NCBI GenBank assembly: GCA_965153355.1
Contig: OZ231126.1
Location: 8,370,001-8,434,000 of the forward strand
Length of the DNA stretch: 64,000 nt
Direction of reading: 5' to 3'
Source: Flaccisagitta enflata
Lineage: Eukaryota
The position numbers and the translations under genes are program-made. The notes below the pieces were generated by a model. The model was not told where the DNA came from. It worked only from the letters and a program-made list of their open reading frames with translations, and did not search any database. Shown here one piece after another: positions 25,836 through 38,500 of the stretch (within the stretch, counting starts at the first letter, position 1; each line of letters opens with the position of its first letter).

Positions 25836-27512
25836 CGTTCCCCGTTGTTGCTGTTGTTGTTCACATCCACTTCGTTGTTATGAAAGGGAACCAAATCGAG
25901 GCAAGATGGTTTGTTGGCGGTGAAGGGCGACCCTGGCGGAGGGTAGCGGAAGGGGCTCTGCGGCGGCGGATGCAGCGGCGAAGGCGTCCCGCGAGTTGTG
26001 GCGAAATGAGTGCCGTGGAAATGATTACCGCCACCAGAGCCGGCGCCGTGGTGGTGATGGTGATGATGGTGCAAAGCGCCGGTTCCGTGATGCGGCGCCG
26101 TCATGGAACGCCTCGTCAAGGCTGCGTTGGAAGTAGCGTAGTTGGATAAAGTCGAAGGAGAGAAAGGATAGGCGGAACCGATGCCGTGGCCGCCGCCGCC
26201 TCCGCCGCTGCTGCTGCTGTAACGACTGGCACTGAATGGAGATGCCAGCGCTGCTGCAGCGGCGTTAAAACCATCGGCGAAACCCGAACTGGCCGCTGCA
26301 CCGCCGCTGTTGGGATGCAGTGTCAGCGGCGATGGCGGCATAATGCGCTGCCGCAACATCGACGTCAACTGACTGACGCTTGGAGCCGGCGTCTGCTTTG
26401 CTGCAGCCCCTGCAGCGGCGTGTGGATGGAATACAGGTGGAGGCGGCAGTTGAGAATCGTGAAGAGGAATTTGCTTTAGAAGACGCTGGAAAGCATTTTC
26501 ATTGGACTGCTGCTGTTGCTGCTGTTGCTGCTGCTGCTGCAGCTGGTGGGATGAGGAAGTATTCGGCGCAGAAGTGACAGCTCCTGAATTACCCAAAATG
26601 GAACTGGATGACGCCGCCGCCGCGGCGACGGCAGCAGAAACTGACGCACCAGAAGCGGTAACGCCGCGCTGCTGCAGCCGCTCCACAAAGTGGCAGAGAT
26701 GCGTCATGTCGCCGCTGACCGAGGTCGCGCTTCCGGAAGCGTCCGATTGCACGCCGCTGGACACGCAACTTTCGCCACTCGACTCCATCGGATCCTCGTC
26801 GCTTTTCGACGTCATCTCGCCGACGAAGCCGCCGCCATCTCCACCGGCGTCGAACTGGCCACTTCCGGCGCCTTCGCCAACGCCACTTGGCGGCGCCCCC
26901 ACGTAGGCTTGGCGCATCTGCTCTAACGAATTTGACGACATATTGTGAATCAGATCCCTCTCCTGCTCCAACAAATAAGCGGCGCGGTCGCGGGCGTTTT
27001 TCGGTCGACCCTCGTAATCTTGATTCTGATAGGTCCCACCACCGGCTTGGAATTCCGCGTTCTGATTGGCCAATCCGACGTTGGGAAGGAAATCGCGTGG
27101 ATGATTCTGATTGGCCGAACTCGCTACTTCGGAAATTGGGGACGATAAAGAACAACTACTTCGTCCAGAACCGGAAGCGTAACCGGAAGTCGACGTCAAC
27201 ATGCTCAGACGCGAACTTGTGGAAGACGACGTCGGTAGATGGAACGATTTATCTGCAAAGGGCGCCGGAGTGTCGGGACGGGAGACGACGGGTGAGTGGA
27301 CGGCGCCAACGTCGCTGACGTAATTCGTGATCAATTTGGGACGAGCGCCGGTGACGGTCGGGCGGAACTCTTCGGCCGTCGGACGGAATTGATGAGAAGA
27401 GGAGGAAGCGGAAGAAGAGGACGAGGAGGAGGCGGCAGAATCCACGGCTTCGAAAATCGCAGCTAAGCTGAAACATGGCTCAGGAGAGGACGCGGTGACC
27501 TTGGCTTCGGAT
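25836..27512 (-). CDS. CPEB1: CPEB1/Orb-like exon 6 (large low-complexity exon)
   Basis: 1677-nt open frame, acceptor ccaag|A, donor CG|gtaag, phases 2/2 fit both neighbours. Confidence 0.85.
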
Positions 27513-27573
27513 CTTGGAGGTGTGGGAGCGAGAGTAGAGAGAATGTGGAGAATGTGGAGAAAATGGAGAGAAG

Positions 27574-27714
<141 letters not shown>

Positions 27715-27725
27715 TAAGAGAGAGA

Positions 27726-27864
<139 letters not shown>

Positions 27865-27973
27865 GAGAAAGAGAAATAAAGAAAGAAAGAAAGAGAGAAA
27901 GAGAGAGAGATGCAGACAGACAGACGGACACAGACAGGCACAGAGAATGGAGAGAAGGTGGGAGAGAGTGAGA

Positions 27974-29812
27974 ACTAGTCATCCACGAATCGCGCATGGT
28001 TAGCGGTACCCGATGCCCTGCTTGGAGTGATTCAATGAAAAAGTAGAAAGAGAGCAGGGCAGCGGCTCCAAAGGGCCGAGGTCCTGCAGAACACGGGGGT
28101 ATTTCCAGACGTCTTGAGGGGGCATATTTCAGGCCTTAGACAACTAATTTAGGACACTGAAGGCAGGAAAGCAGGACGGCAGAATTAAGGTTTGGAGAGC
28201 AGATTTGAGGTTTGAAGGGCAAATTTGAGGTCTGGGGTTCAGATTTGAGGTCTGGAGGGAAAATTTGAGGTCTGGAGGGAAAATTTGAGGTCTGGGGTTC
28301 AGATTTGAGGTCTGGAGGGAAAATTTGAGGTCTGGGATTCAGATTTGAGGTCTCAAGAGCAGATTTGAGGTCTGAGGGTCAGGTTTGAGGCTGGTCGGCT
28401 GATTTGAAGCCTGGAAGGCGAATGTGAGGCCTGGAGGGCTAAATTGAGGGCTGGGAGGCCTTGATGGCCAACTGAGGGGGATGGAAGGACAAACTGAATA
28501 GTCGCAAAAGCGTTAGATGGTCAGCGGTACCCGTTGCCCCTAAGTGAGTGTATGAGGGTCTGAGGCGGTGAGAGGGGCAGCGGCCCCGAAGGGGCCGATG
28601 ACCTATGCTGTTTTTATTTGAGCCTGGAGGCTGGAATTGGGCCTTGAGGCTGGGATTTGGGCAACGAGGCTGAGATTTGGGCCTTGAGGCTGGAATCTGG
28701 GCCTTGAGGCTGGGATTTGGGCCTTGAGGCTGGATTTGGCCTTGAGGCTGATTAGCCTGAGGCTGAGATTGAGCAACAAGGCTGAGATTTTTCTGAGGCT
28801 AGGATATGGGCTCGAGGCGGATTTGGGCCTCAAGGCTTGGATTTGGGCCTTGAGGCTTGATTTGGGTTTTGAGGCCAGGATTTAGGCCTCAAGGCTGGGA
28901 TTTGGGTCTCAGGCTGAAAGCAGCACTGGAAGGAGGAGGAGGAGAAATTTCTCCTGTGTGAAAGCATAGGTCATCGGCCCCTTCGGGGCCGCTGCCCAAA
29001 AACCGAAAGATGACAGACGTCCTGTGTTCTACAGGACATCGGCCCATTGGGGCCGCTGCCCAAAATGAGAGGAGAGAGGGAATGAATAGAGATAAGATGA
29101 GTGGAGAAAGAGCGGAAAGAGGAGAGGGAGAGAGTGAAGAAAGAGCGGAGAGGGAGAGAGTGGAGATAGAGCGGAGAGAGGTGAGGGAGAGAGTGGAGAA
29201 CTAGTCATCCAAGGATCGCACATGGTCAGCGGTACCCGATGCCCTGCTAGGAGTGATCAGCTGAAGAAGTATAGTGAGAGCAGGGCAGCGGCCCCAAAGG
29301 GCCGATGTCCTGTAGGACACAGGGGTGAATTTCCAGACGTCCTTAGAAGGCACATTAAAGGGCTGACATGCTTGATTTTGAGCCTGACAAGGCTGATTTA
29401 GGGTATTAGAGAGCTAATTTTGGAGTTGAAAGGGCTGATTTTGGGCCTGAGAGGACTGATTTTGGGCCTGAGAGAGCTGATTTTGGGCTTGAGAGGGCTG
29501 ATTTTGGGCTTGAGAGGGCTGATTTAGGGCTAATTTGGAGCTAATTTTGGAGCTGAAAGAGCTGATTTTGGGCCTGCGAGGGCTGATTTTGAGTCTGAGA
29601 GCGCTGATTTTGGGCCTGAGAGGGCTGATTTTGGGCTTGAGAGGGCTGATTTTGGGCTTGAGAGGGCTGATTTTGAGCCTGAGAGGGCTGATTTTGGGCC
29701 TGAGAGGGCTGATTTTGGCTTGAGAGGGCTGATTTGGGGTCTGAGAGGGCCAGGGGGACACGTCACGGACGTCTGGGGTAGTCCTAAGACATCGGGCGCT
29801 GCCCAAAAAAGA
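27974..29812 (-). mobile_element. Cluster of family-B HINE-like elements, each with a different 20-21-bp internal satellite
   Basis: Shared termini catggtcagcggtacccg and gccgctgcccaaaa around three distinct arrays. Confidence 0.7.
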
Positions 29813-29813
29813 G

Positions 29814-30001
<188 letters not shown>

Positions 30002-30200
30002 GAGAAAGAAAGAAAGAGAGAAAGAAAGAGAGAAAGATAGAGAAAGAGACGACGGACAGTCAAGGGCAAAAAATAAACGCATAATAATGCGATCTGAGAT
30101 ACAAATTCAATTCGCGGCGTAAATGAAAAGGATATCGGTGAATTTCTCGGAGGTGAGGACAAAACTTCAATTGGCAAGTGAAAAATAATGAAACACTTAC

Positions 30201-30522
30201 TTTGAATAAGGTGTGGAAAAGTAAGTTGGCTGTTCCATTTGAGATTTGGACAAAATATCGAAGGATGTAGACGAGTTAACGAACACGCCGCCTCCTCCGC
30301 CTCCTGCGCCTAGCCCACCATCCACGCCGCTGAGAGACAAGGCGGAGCTCGAAACAACCAATTGCTGCTGCTGCTGCTGCTGCAGTTGGTGCCGCTGCGC
30401 GTCTCCGGTATTGGCAATTGGGTCGTCCTCGGGGTGACAGATCGACCCTTCAAAAGCCGACGCAGCCGCGCATCTCTTTTGATTCATTGCCAACTGATTC
30501 AGTCCGTCGACCAAAAACGACT
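30201..30522 (-). CDS. CPEB1: CPEB1/Orb-like exon 5
   Basis: ttattccag acceptor, gtaag donor, phase 1/2, polyQ tract. Confidence 0.8.
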
Positions 30523-30860
30523 CTGGAATAATAAAATGTTTTATTCTCATATTTGGCTAATGTCACAACCTAAAAATAAAATACCAACCAATACCTGAAA
30601 TATCTATAAGCCGCCCGAAAAACATTGCGACGGACAAAAAGACACCAAGATCAGGCCTCTCAAAACGCTGGAATATGGATAACTTTCAACATCGCATAGG
30701 GAACCGTCATTCTTTTTCAAATTGCGTCATAAAACATCTAATGAAGATAACTGCCCATTGGTCGGTCGGTTGTCCGGTCACGCACATTTTTACTGCGCAC
30801 AAAGACTGGTTCCGACAAGGCTTCCCAGATTCACATACAAATCTTTGACTTTCTCCCTAC

Positions 30861-31153
30861 CTTCAGTCTCGCGCTGGGAGGCATTTGCTGAGAATTCGAC
30901 GGACGAATTGGAAAAATCAACGGCAGATTGATTGAAGTAATTAGAGGCGTCCGACTTGGAAAGGTCGAGATCCACGCCGGAAATGGCTGCAGACTGCATT
31001 TGCTGTTGTTGTTGCTGTTGTTGTTTTTCTCTATGTCTCAAGAGCTGCTCTGCGAGTGCGGATGTGTCCGGAGTGTCGGTGTAAGAGACGCGTCTCGTCC
31101 CGCGCAACACTTCGTAACTTTTCTCCACGAAAGGCGTCAGCGCTGGATCAAAT
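30861..31153 (-). CDS. CPEB1: CPEB1/Orb-like exon 4
   Basis: ttccttcatag acceptor, G|gtagg donor, phase 2/1, polyQ tract. Confidence 0.8.
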
Positions 31154-31446
31154 CTATGAAGGAAAACAAATGTATAAACCTCCCGTAAAAACGAATCATT
31201 TCTAAGATTGAGTGAGTATAATGCCGCATAGATCAATAAATATCAAATATGTCGTGGCTGTAAAGGGGACGACGCTCATGAAAATATGCTCATAACGAAT
31301 AGAAAAACAAAAACCAAAATATTATCAAAGAAGCGATCCTGATCCGATGAGATTTTTTCACGCAATAAATTAAGCGGCATTCTAACACTGACGCAGAACA
31401 GGAAAAGGAAATTTAGTTCTAAACATTGACATTTATGCAGTTTCAC

Positions 31447-31631
31447 CTGAAAAATTCTGCCCTCGCGGGGTTGAATTGCCCTTCTTCACTCTGTTGTTGC
31501 GTTTGACGTTGCATTTGTTGTTCTTGTTGTTGCCTCTGGAAGAGTTGTTGCAGATCGTTTGGGGAGACGGGAGTCGGTGGTGCATTTGCCGGAATCGACG
31601 CCAAAACGGTGTTCAAATGATTGAGAAGCTC
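31447..31631 (-). CDS. CPEB1: CPEB1/Orb-like exon 3 (ELLNHLNTVL...QRQQQEQQMQRQTQQQ...AEFF)
   Basis: Open Q-rich frame, cag and gtgaaa boundaries, phase 0/2. Confidence 0.75.
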
Positions 31632-31891
31632 CTGATCAGGTCGAGGTGCAAAGCAAGATCAAATTTGACGGGTCAAAACAATTTTTTCAATATTTTTAAT
31701 TTTGATACTGCAGATTTTTTAAGAAAAACATTATATCATATTAGTCCTTGCTTGCACCCCGATATCAATGACGAAACTAGGAACCATGTTTATCGGGAAA
31801 AAAGCCGAAGTCAGTCTTCGACTTTTTGACATATTTGAGAAACAGGGTTTTCATTTTCTTATGAGGAAGTTGAGCATCTCCACCGACCAAA

Positions 31892-32640
31892 CAGCTGAGT
31901 TTCCTACGATTCTAAGAAACGTAGGAATCTGGGTTAGAAAGCTTAGGATTCTAAGTTTCCTAACCAACTTTACAATGGGAAATTGAGTTTTTCTCATTTT
32001 AATCCAGGAAGCGCCCCTTCAATTTTTCCAATTTTTTGGGTGGTTACTAATAACGGGAAAACATCCTGATGCTTTAGAATAATAGCGTTGCCACTCCACT
32101 CTAAGTTGGTGGAAAAAGTGAAAGAAAAATTTTAACCTAGGTTTCTTACGTTTCTAGGTTTTCTAAGAAGATTTTGCATAGGTTTCTTAGAATTCTAGGT
32201 TTTCCAAGATTAACAATATCAGTGAAAATGAAAATCTTTCCAACAAAAAAGTGAATCAACCTATGAAAGGAGCAACAGATGTACAAGGAAGAAAAAAATC
32301 TTTATTCTTGTTGATATTGTAAATCCTTGGAAATCTAGAATTTTAAGAAACATAAGCAACATTTTCCTAGAAAACTTAGAAACCTAAGAAACGTAGGTGG
32401 GATTTTTTCATTCACATTTTTTATCTATTTACAGCAGAGTGGCAGTGCTATTCTTTTATGGTATCTGGATGTTGTGCCATCATGGACAATCACCCAAAAA
32501 AGGAGAAAAATCAAAGCAGCGCTTTTTGGGTTATAATGATAAGACTCACTTTCCCTTTGTAAAATCAGCTAGGAAACCTAGAAACGTAAGCTTTCTAACC
32601 CAGAATCCTAGGTTTCTTAGAATCGTAGGATACCCAGCTG
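31892..32640. mobile_element. Fold-back MITE
   Basis: cagctg-gt-tcctacgattctaagaaac inverted at both ends. Confidence 0.75.
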
Positions 32641-32687
32641 CCAAATGAGCCCTCCAATGAAATTGACAGGGTAAGTACACCATTTTT

Positions 32688-33433
32688 AAATCGAAATGGC
32701 AAATAGTAAACCTTTGTTGCTCCAAAACTACTAGCCCAAAAACCTTCAAATTTTCAGTGAATGTTGGTAACAACTGACCATTTTGTCATGCCAAAACTCA
32801 GATTTTATTACTGAATGGTTTGGGGTCAGTAAAACACACGGAATATGCCCAATTTTTAGGGTTGAATTTTTTTTCTCGCTTTGCTTGAAAACACTTGTCT
32901 TGATCAATATACAGATATCAAAAAAATTGAGCTAGAACTCCGGGGTTGGTCTCAAATAATAGAAAATTTTTCAGAGATTACACTTTTACCAAAAAAAAAA
33001 ACGAAAAAAGTTGGAGACTTTTGAGGTTATCATTGGTTTTTGACAATCATTGCTAAAATCCAAACTGTCAATCATTTGAAAGTCTTTCAAATCTTCTTAA
33101 ATACAATAGAATAATGAAATTTTCAAGGAGAACTTATATTCATGATTTGTTACTCTTAATTTAAGACCAACTCAAGGGTTCAAGCTTGCTTAATCAGGAA
33201 AAAAACAATAAACAAAAAAAGATTTTTCCAAGTATAACTGGGACAAATTGATTTTTTCCATAAAATTGATAGCTTTTCAATCAATGCTTTAATAACCCCC
33301 AACCTATTCAGTAGTAAAATCTGAGTTTTGGCATGACAAAATGGTCAGTTGTTGCCAACATTCACTGAAAATTTGAAGGCTTTTGGGCTAGTAGTTTTGG
33401 AGCTACAAAGGTTTACTATTTGCCATTTCGATC
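32688..33433. mobile_element. Fold-back MITE
   Basis: atcgaaatggcaaatagtaaacctttg paired with caaaggtttactatttgccatttcgat. Confidence 0.8.
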
Positions 33434-33789
33434 TAACATCTGAGATGACGAGTCTCCAATTCCCAAACTGGTTTCAAAACACAAGAAATTCTCCTGTACC
33501 CTATTTTTGGCCGTACCGTATTCTGACTGAATCTGACGCGAAATTGGCAAAGTCTGGGATTTTTTTTCTGTCTATCTATCTTGATGCTAAAAAGCCACAA
33601 AAACTCACTGATTATGTATGCTCTCCCCGAAGATACAGATTCACTGTATCTGTCCATATCCGACGCCCATGTGGTGTTACAGTAGGGCTGACATCGAGCA
33701 TTTTGCAATTGATACAAAACCATTAATCATTTGTATTTCTTTATAGAAAATTCATTTCAATGAGGGCAATAAAGAGGCAAGGCATACTT

Positions 33790-34406
33790 AAGTCGAGGTG
33801 CAAACAAAGACCAAATTAGAAGAGTCAAAACATTTTTTTTTCAATATTCTAAATTTGACAAATTTAGATTTTTTTCATTAAAGAATATAATTGTTATAAA
33901 ATATTGTATTTAGTTTTGCATAGAAAATGATTTCTAGATAAAAAAAAAGTGCTGAGCAAGTTAAAAGGGGAGAAAAAACAAGGAAATCTAAAGAAAATTT
34001 AATTTTGCAACTTAATTTATCTTTGGAAAAATTCTAAGATTCTCTTTATATGCAAAATTTTGCATTTTAAAAAACATGGCCTCATTCTAAGAACATATAA
34101 GATAAGGGCCATGTTCTTAGTAATGCAAAATTGTTCAATCTTTTCAAATCATAGAATTTTCCCTTCACAGGTTCTGAATTTTTGCTCTACTATTTTTAAA
34201 GAATCTATCATTTCCAGTGATTCTTTCTTGTCTTCCTCAATAAAACAAAGCTATGGCTTTAACATACTAGGGTTTCTTTTACTAATAAAAAAGAATTTAA
34301 CTTCAAAATTACAAATTACAAAAATACAAAAATCAAAAAATAGTTATGCATATAGTTATGAAAAGAGACTGAAACCGAAATTTCATCTTTATTTGCACCT
34401 CAACTT
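33790..34406. mobile_element. Fold-back MITE (GAGGTGCAAA termini)
   Basis: aagtcgaggtgcaaa...tttgcacctcaactt. A short relative lies at 31640-31763. Confidence 0.65.
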
Positions 34407-34959
34407 AACTAATGCACACCACGCAGACATACGTAACTACACAAAACAGAACATGGAAAAAAAAAACAATTGTAAAGCAAAGAACAAATGACGCTACTTG
34501 ACCTTTCAGGTTTCAGTGCAGGTCTTGGACTATCAGTTCAAAACAACAGACGGAACTTCAATAACTACCATTCATCTCAATTCACTCGTGCAGAACGTAT
34601 ATCTGCCAAGTGACGGCTTGTAGATTATCACTAAGTGATCAACTCTTTTCATTCACAAGGTTATACCCACATTCCCAAATCTAGCCCTGAATGAAAATTG
34701 AGGTACACCACTACGCAACTCTTACAATTCATATCAATCCAATCATTCTCCAATCGACGCCCCCTGTATGCTTCCAAATTACCCTTATCTACCCCCTCAA
34801 TCCATACAAAATCATATTATGAACAGAGTATAAAAATGTGGAGCTCCATTATTCATCCAACATGTGTGACGCAGATTACGATGTGAAGACCACGTTGTAG
34901 AGAGCCGCAAAATTAACTTTGTTTCAGATGCTGCATAGCAAGGCCTGTACCTGTGTATC

Positions 34960-35008
<49 letters not shown>

Positions 35009-35242
35009 TCCATATGTTTTCCAATCCGCATGTCTGTCAGTCAATCTATGTCTCTTATACACACACCATTTGCGTTCATCTTGGTAGAATGAGTTGGTGC
35101 TCCGCATGATGATATCATATTGCAGTTGTCTCCATGAAATGCAAAGGCCCTCCTGATGATAAAATATTGGGGTGTTAAACCAGCCTAGGCCGCTTCATGT
35201 CTGAGTGCTTGTCTTTTTACTGAAGGTAAAACAATCTAAGTC

Positions 35243-35276
<34 letters not shown>

Positions 35277-37542
35277 AAGACACACGCACGCGCACACACA
35301 CGCACGCACACACTCATGCATGCGCGCACACACACACACACACGCACATGCACACACGCACACACTCATTGTCTATCTAACCATCAGTGAATTTTGAAGA
35401 ACGATGGTCTTTAAGCTTTGATGTGAATTTCGCAACTTCTTCAATGCCAGGTTTGGAGGATGTAATGATGATGCTGAAGTTCTGCAACAAAAGGAAGTAC
35501 TACGAGCTTAACTTTCACATTCAAACATACACCAAAAACTAATAAGTAATGCAAAACTTATCCCCACAAAAAAATTACCACGTCAGCACTGTAATTGTTG
35601 ACAGTGATGGGGTCTTTTCTTTCTTTCTTTGCCGGTTTGAAGATAAATATTGTTCTGGTCAGCGCCACTTTTGACATTTTCTCCAGCTTCGGCGTCTTAG
35701 GAGTTACATCATCAGCACCTTCCAATGATGGCTTCGTCCCTCCATGGCACCTTCGTCATTGGTGTTTCGTAACATTGTCTTTTTCATCAGTTATCTTCGT
35801 CACGGTTGTCTTCATCACCGTCATCTTCAACACCGTCATCTTCACCGTCGTCGTCTTCACCGTTGTCTTCATCGTCGTCGTCTTCATCGTCATCATCTTC
35901 ATCGCCGTCGTCTTCATAGTTGTCTTTATCTTTGCTGTCTTCATCACCGTCGTTTTCATTGTCTTTGTTGTTTTCATTGTCCTCTTTTTTAACAGCGTCA
36001 TCGTCTTTATCATGATCATGTCCAAAAATTGTCAATCAAAAGTGAGGTTGTAACAAACCGCATGCTGCAAATAAGTGGGGCATCAGGTCCCAGCGTCAGA
36101 CTTCAATTGTTTTATATACCTAGATATCTTGATAGATAAACACTATTTTTTCTTTCATTTACTTAATTCTAGCCTGAGTGTCCGACTGCGGGCATGTAAG
36201 CTTAGGCTCCCGATGCCCCTTTCAATATGGCGTCATCATAGTGAGCGAAAAGCGTTCATTTGAAGGACAATTTCTGTTCAGCTGACGCTTGAAACATATG
36301 TCGTGAGGAAGAGGTTTCATCCAGCAAGTGCTCTGAGTCGTCTAATTCATTGATTGGCCGTCGTTATGTATGCATTGTCTGGAGATTTGTGTGGAAATTT
36401 GCGCAAATCTTCCTAAAACATTTTTTGACGATCAAGTCTCTTATTATAAACTTCGGAAGAAGAAATTTCTGGTTGATAACAGAATTGTCTTCGATAAACC
36501 CAGGTTTCTCGGTTTGGAAGTATTGACTGCTGTTTTCTTCAGATGAGACGGTGTAAATTCAATAATTCTTTCATTTGGCGCCAAGCAGAATGCTCTACAA
36601 AAAATATTTTTCGCGCTATGATTTTTTAAAGATTTATTTAAGAAAATTGTAAATTGAATTTTTTTCGATTCTTTATGATTTTAAGTAGGATCAATAAAGG
36701 GGTGTATTTATGTATGTTTGAGCATGCAAATACAAGAAAACATAATTATTAGCATAGCTGCTCATCTGTGGGGGTGTTTTGAAAGATTCTTGCTCATTTA
36801 GCTCATTTAGCTCAGTTTCTTTTTTTTTATTTCAAATATGATAAATAAATAAATATTTTGATATATGTTTAAGAAAGCAGATACTAAAACGCATATCAGT
36901 GAGCATAACTTCTCATCTGTGAGGGTGTTTTTAAGCATTTTAGCTCACTTAGCTCATTCAGCTCAGGTTTTTTTTTCTGATTTTTAATGGGATAAATAAA
37001 TGTTTTGATGAAAGCATGTTAATACACGAAAGCATGTCAGTGAGCATAGGTGGTTGTCTGGTTAGAGATTTCGAGCATTTTAGCTCATCTAGCTCATTTG
37101 GCTCAGTCCTATTTTTCTCTGATTTTCAGTGCAATCAATAAATACAATTGCTCTTGATTTGATCTAATAGACAAAAGACAAAAACTTAGTGAAAAGCGAC
37201 CAATGCTTACGACTTTTTTCCTCACGGCGACAGCCGCCATTACTGGTAAGAACGTTTGGATTTATTCACCATAATAATTAAAATTTGCCACAAAATAATT
37301 TCAGGAAAATTCTTTCAAACTTCTAAACAAGTCTATGAAAACTCGAAGTTGCGTCTGTGGGTGAATATGTGAATCAACATGTTGAACGATTGAAAGATTG
37401 AATGAACGACTGCATAAATGAATGAAGTCAATGAAGGACATAACGAAAGTGAGTATATGGAAAGGCATAAGAGGTAACACGCATAAAAACGCCGAAAACG
37501 TCCTTAAGCCGGTAAAACCATCGAGAGAACAATAAGAGTGAC

Positions 37543-37724
37543 CTGGCTGGATTTGTTGGGCGATTCTACGTGAAAGTCGATGTTATTCTGATTAAAACTG
37601 GAGCAATTCTCGGCAGTTGAAGCCTCAAGATTGTCGCTACGACTCGAATCGGCAGAGGATGGAGGCGTCACAAATGGCGTGGACTCGGCAGGAGGCGTGG
37701 GGGTGTGAGTATCAACCCCGAAAC
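37543..37724 (-). CDS. CPEB1: CPEB1/Orb-like exon 2 (GFGVDTHTPTPPAES...NKSSQ)
   Basis: 182-nt open frame, cag/gt boundaries, phase 1/0 links exons 1 and 3. Confidence 0.7.
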
Positions 37725-38068
37725 CTGCCGAGGTAACATGAAGGTAAGACGAAAGGAATGTATCTACATCGCTTGTATAGCTGGTTTGAGTGAATCACTT
37801 TATTCTGGAATTTGTATCACTGTTTAGGTGACGCGCATAGCTTAGCAACCCTTTAGGCTATACCCAGCATCCACACTGGCAGTCCGTCCGTCAGTTGGTT
37901 AATCGCTCAGTCTTATAAGGCCACGTTGAGTTCATTCATATAATTCTAAGGTCATTTTGGTCATTTTGGTCATTTTGGTCATTTTGGTCAATTTGGTCAT
38001 TCAGATAAGCATGCTGAATTTTTAAAGTTTGTCATGTGCAAGAATTCACTTTCTTAAGGCAGGCTTAC

Positions 38069-38156
38069 CTTGGGCGTGGGAGTGCGCATGCGCAGGGGCG
38101 CTAATCGCAGTGTCCAGCAACAGCCCGTCCACCATCTGTGAAATACTTTCCTCCAT
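38069..38156 (-). CDS. CPEB1: CPEB1/Orb-like first coding exon (MEESISQMVDGLLLDTAISAPAHAHSHAQ)
   Basis: aatcATGG start context, strong G|gtaag donor, phase 1. Confidence 0.65.
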
Positions 38157-38500
38157 GATTCTCCGTCTGCCAGCTGATTGTCGCGATTTAATTCAGCGAG
38201 ATTCTTGGTTAAGTCAAAACCAATTAACGTAAAACAAGGAAGCTAAATTTAAAGTACCTGAACTCGACAAAGAAAGCAATTTTGGATGACATGTTCCGAA
38301 TGAGTCGTAAATGAGCTCACATACTTTTCCTACGGCTTGACGAAAAATTGAGAACTCCCGTTTAATTCGTTCTGCCAAACAGACAAGGGACAATAGAAGG
38401 AACAAGGCCGGATACACGGACCAAGACGGTGCGCAGGGCGTTATTAATTCTTAGACCTATCCCTATTTGCATCAGACCTATCCCGAGTTCTTTCACCCTA

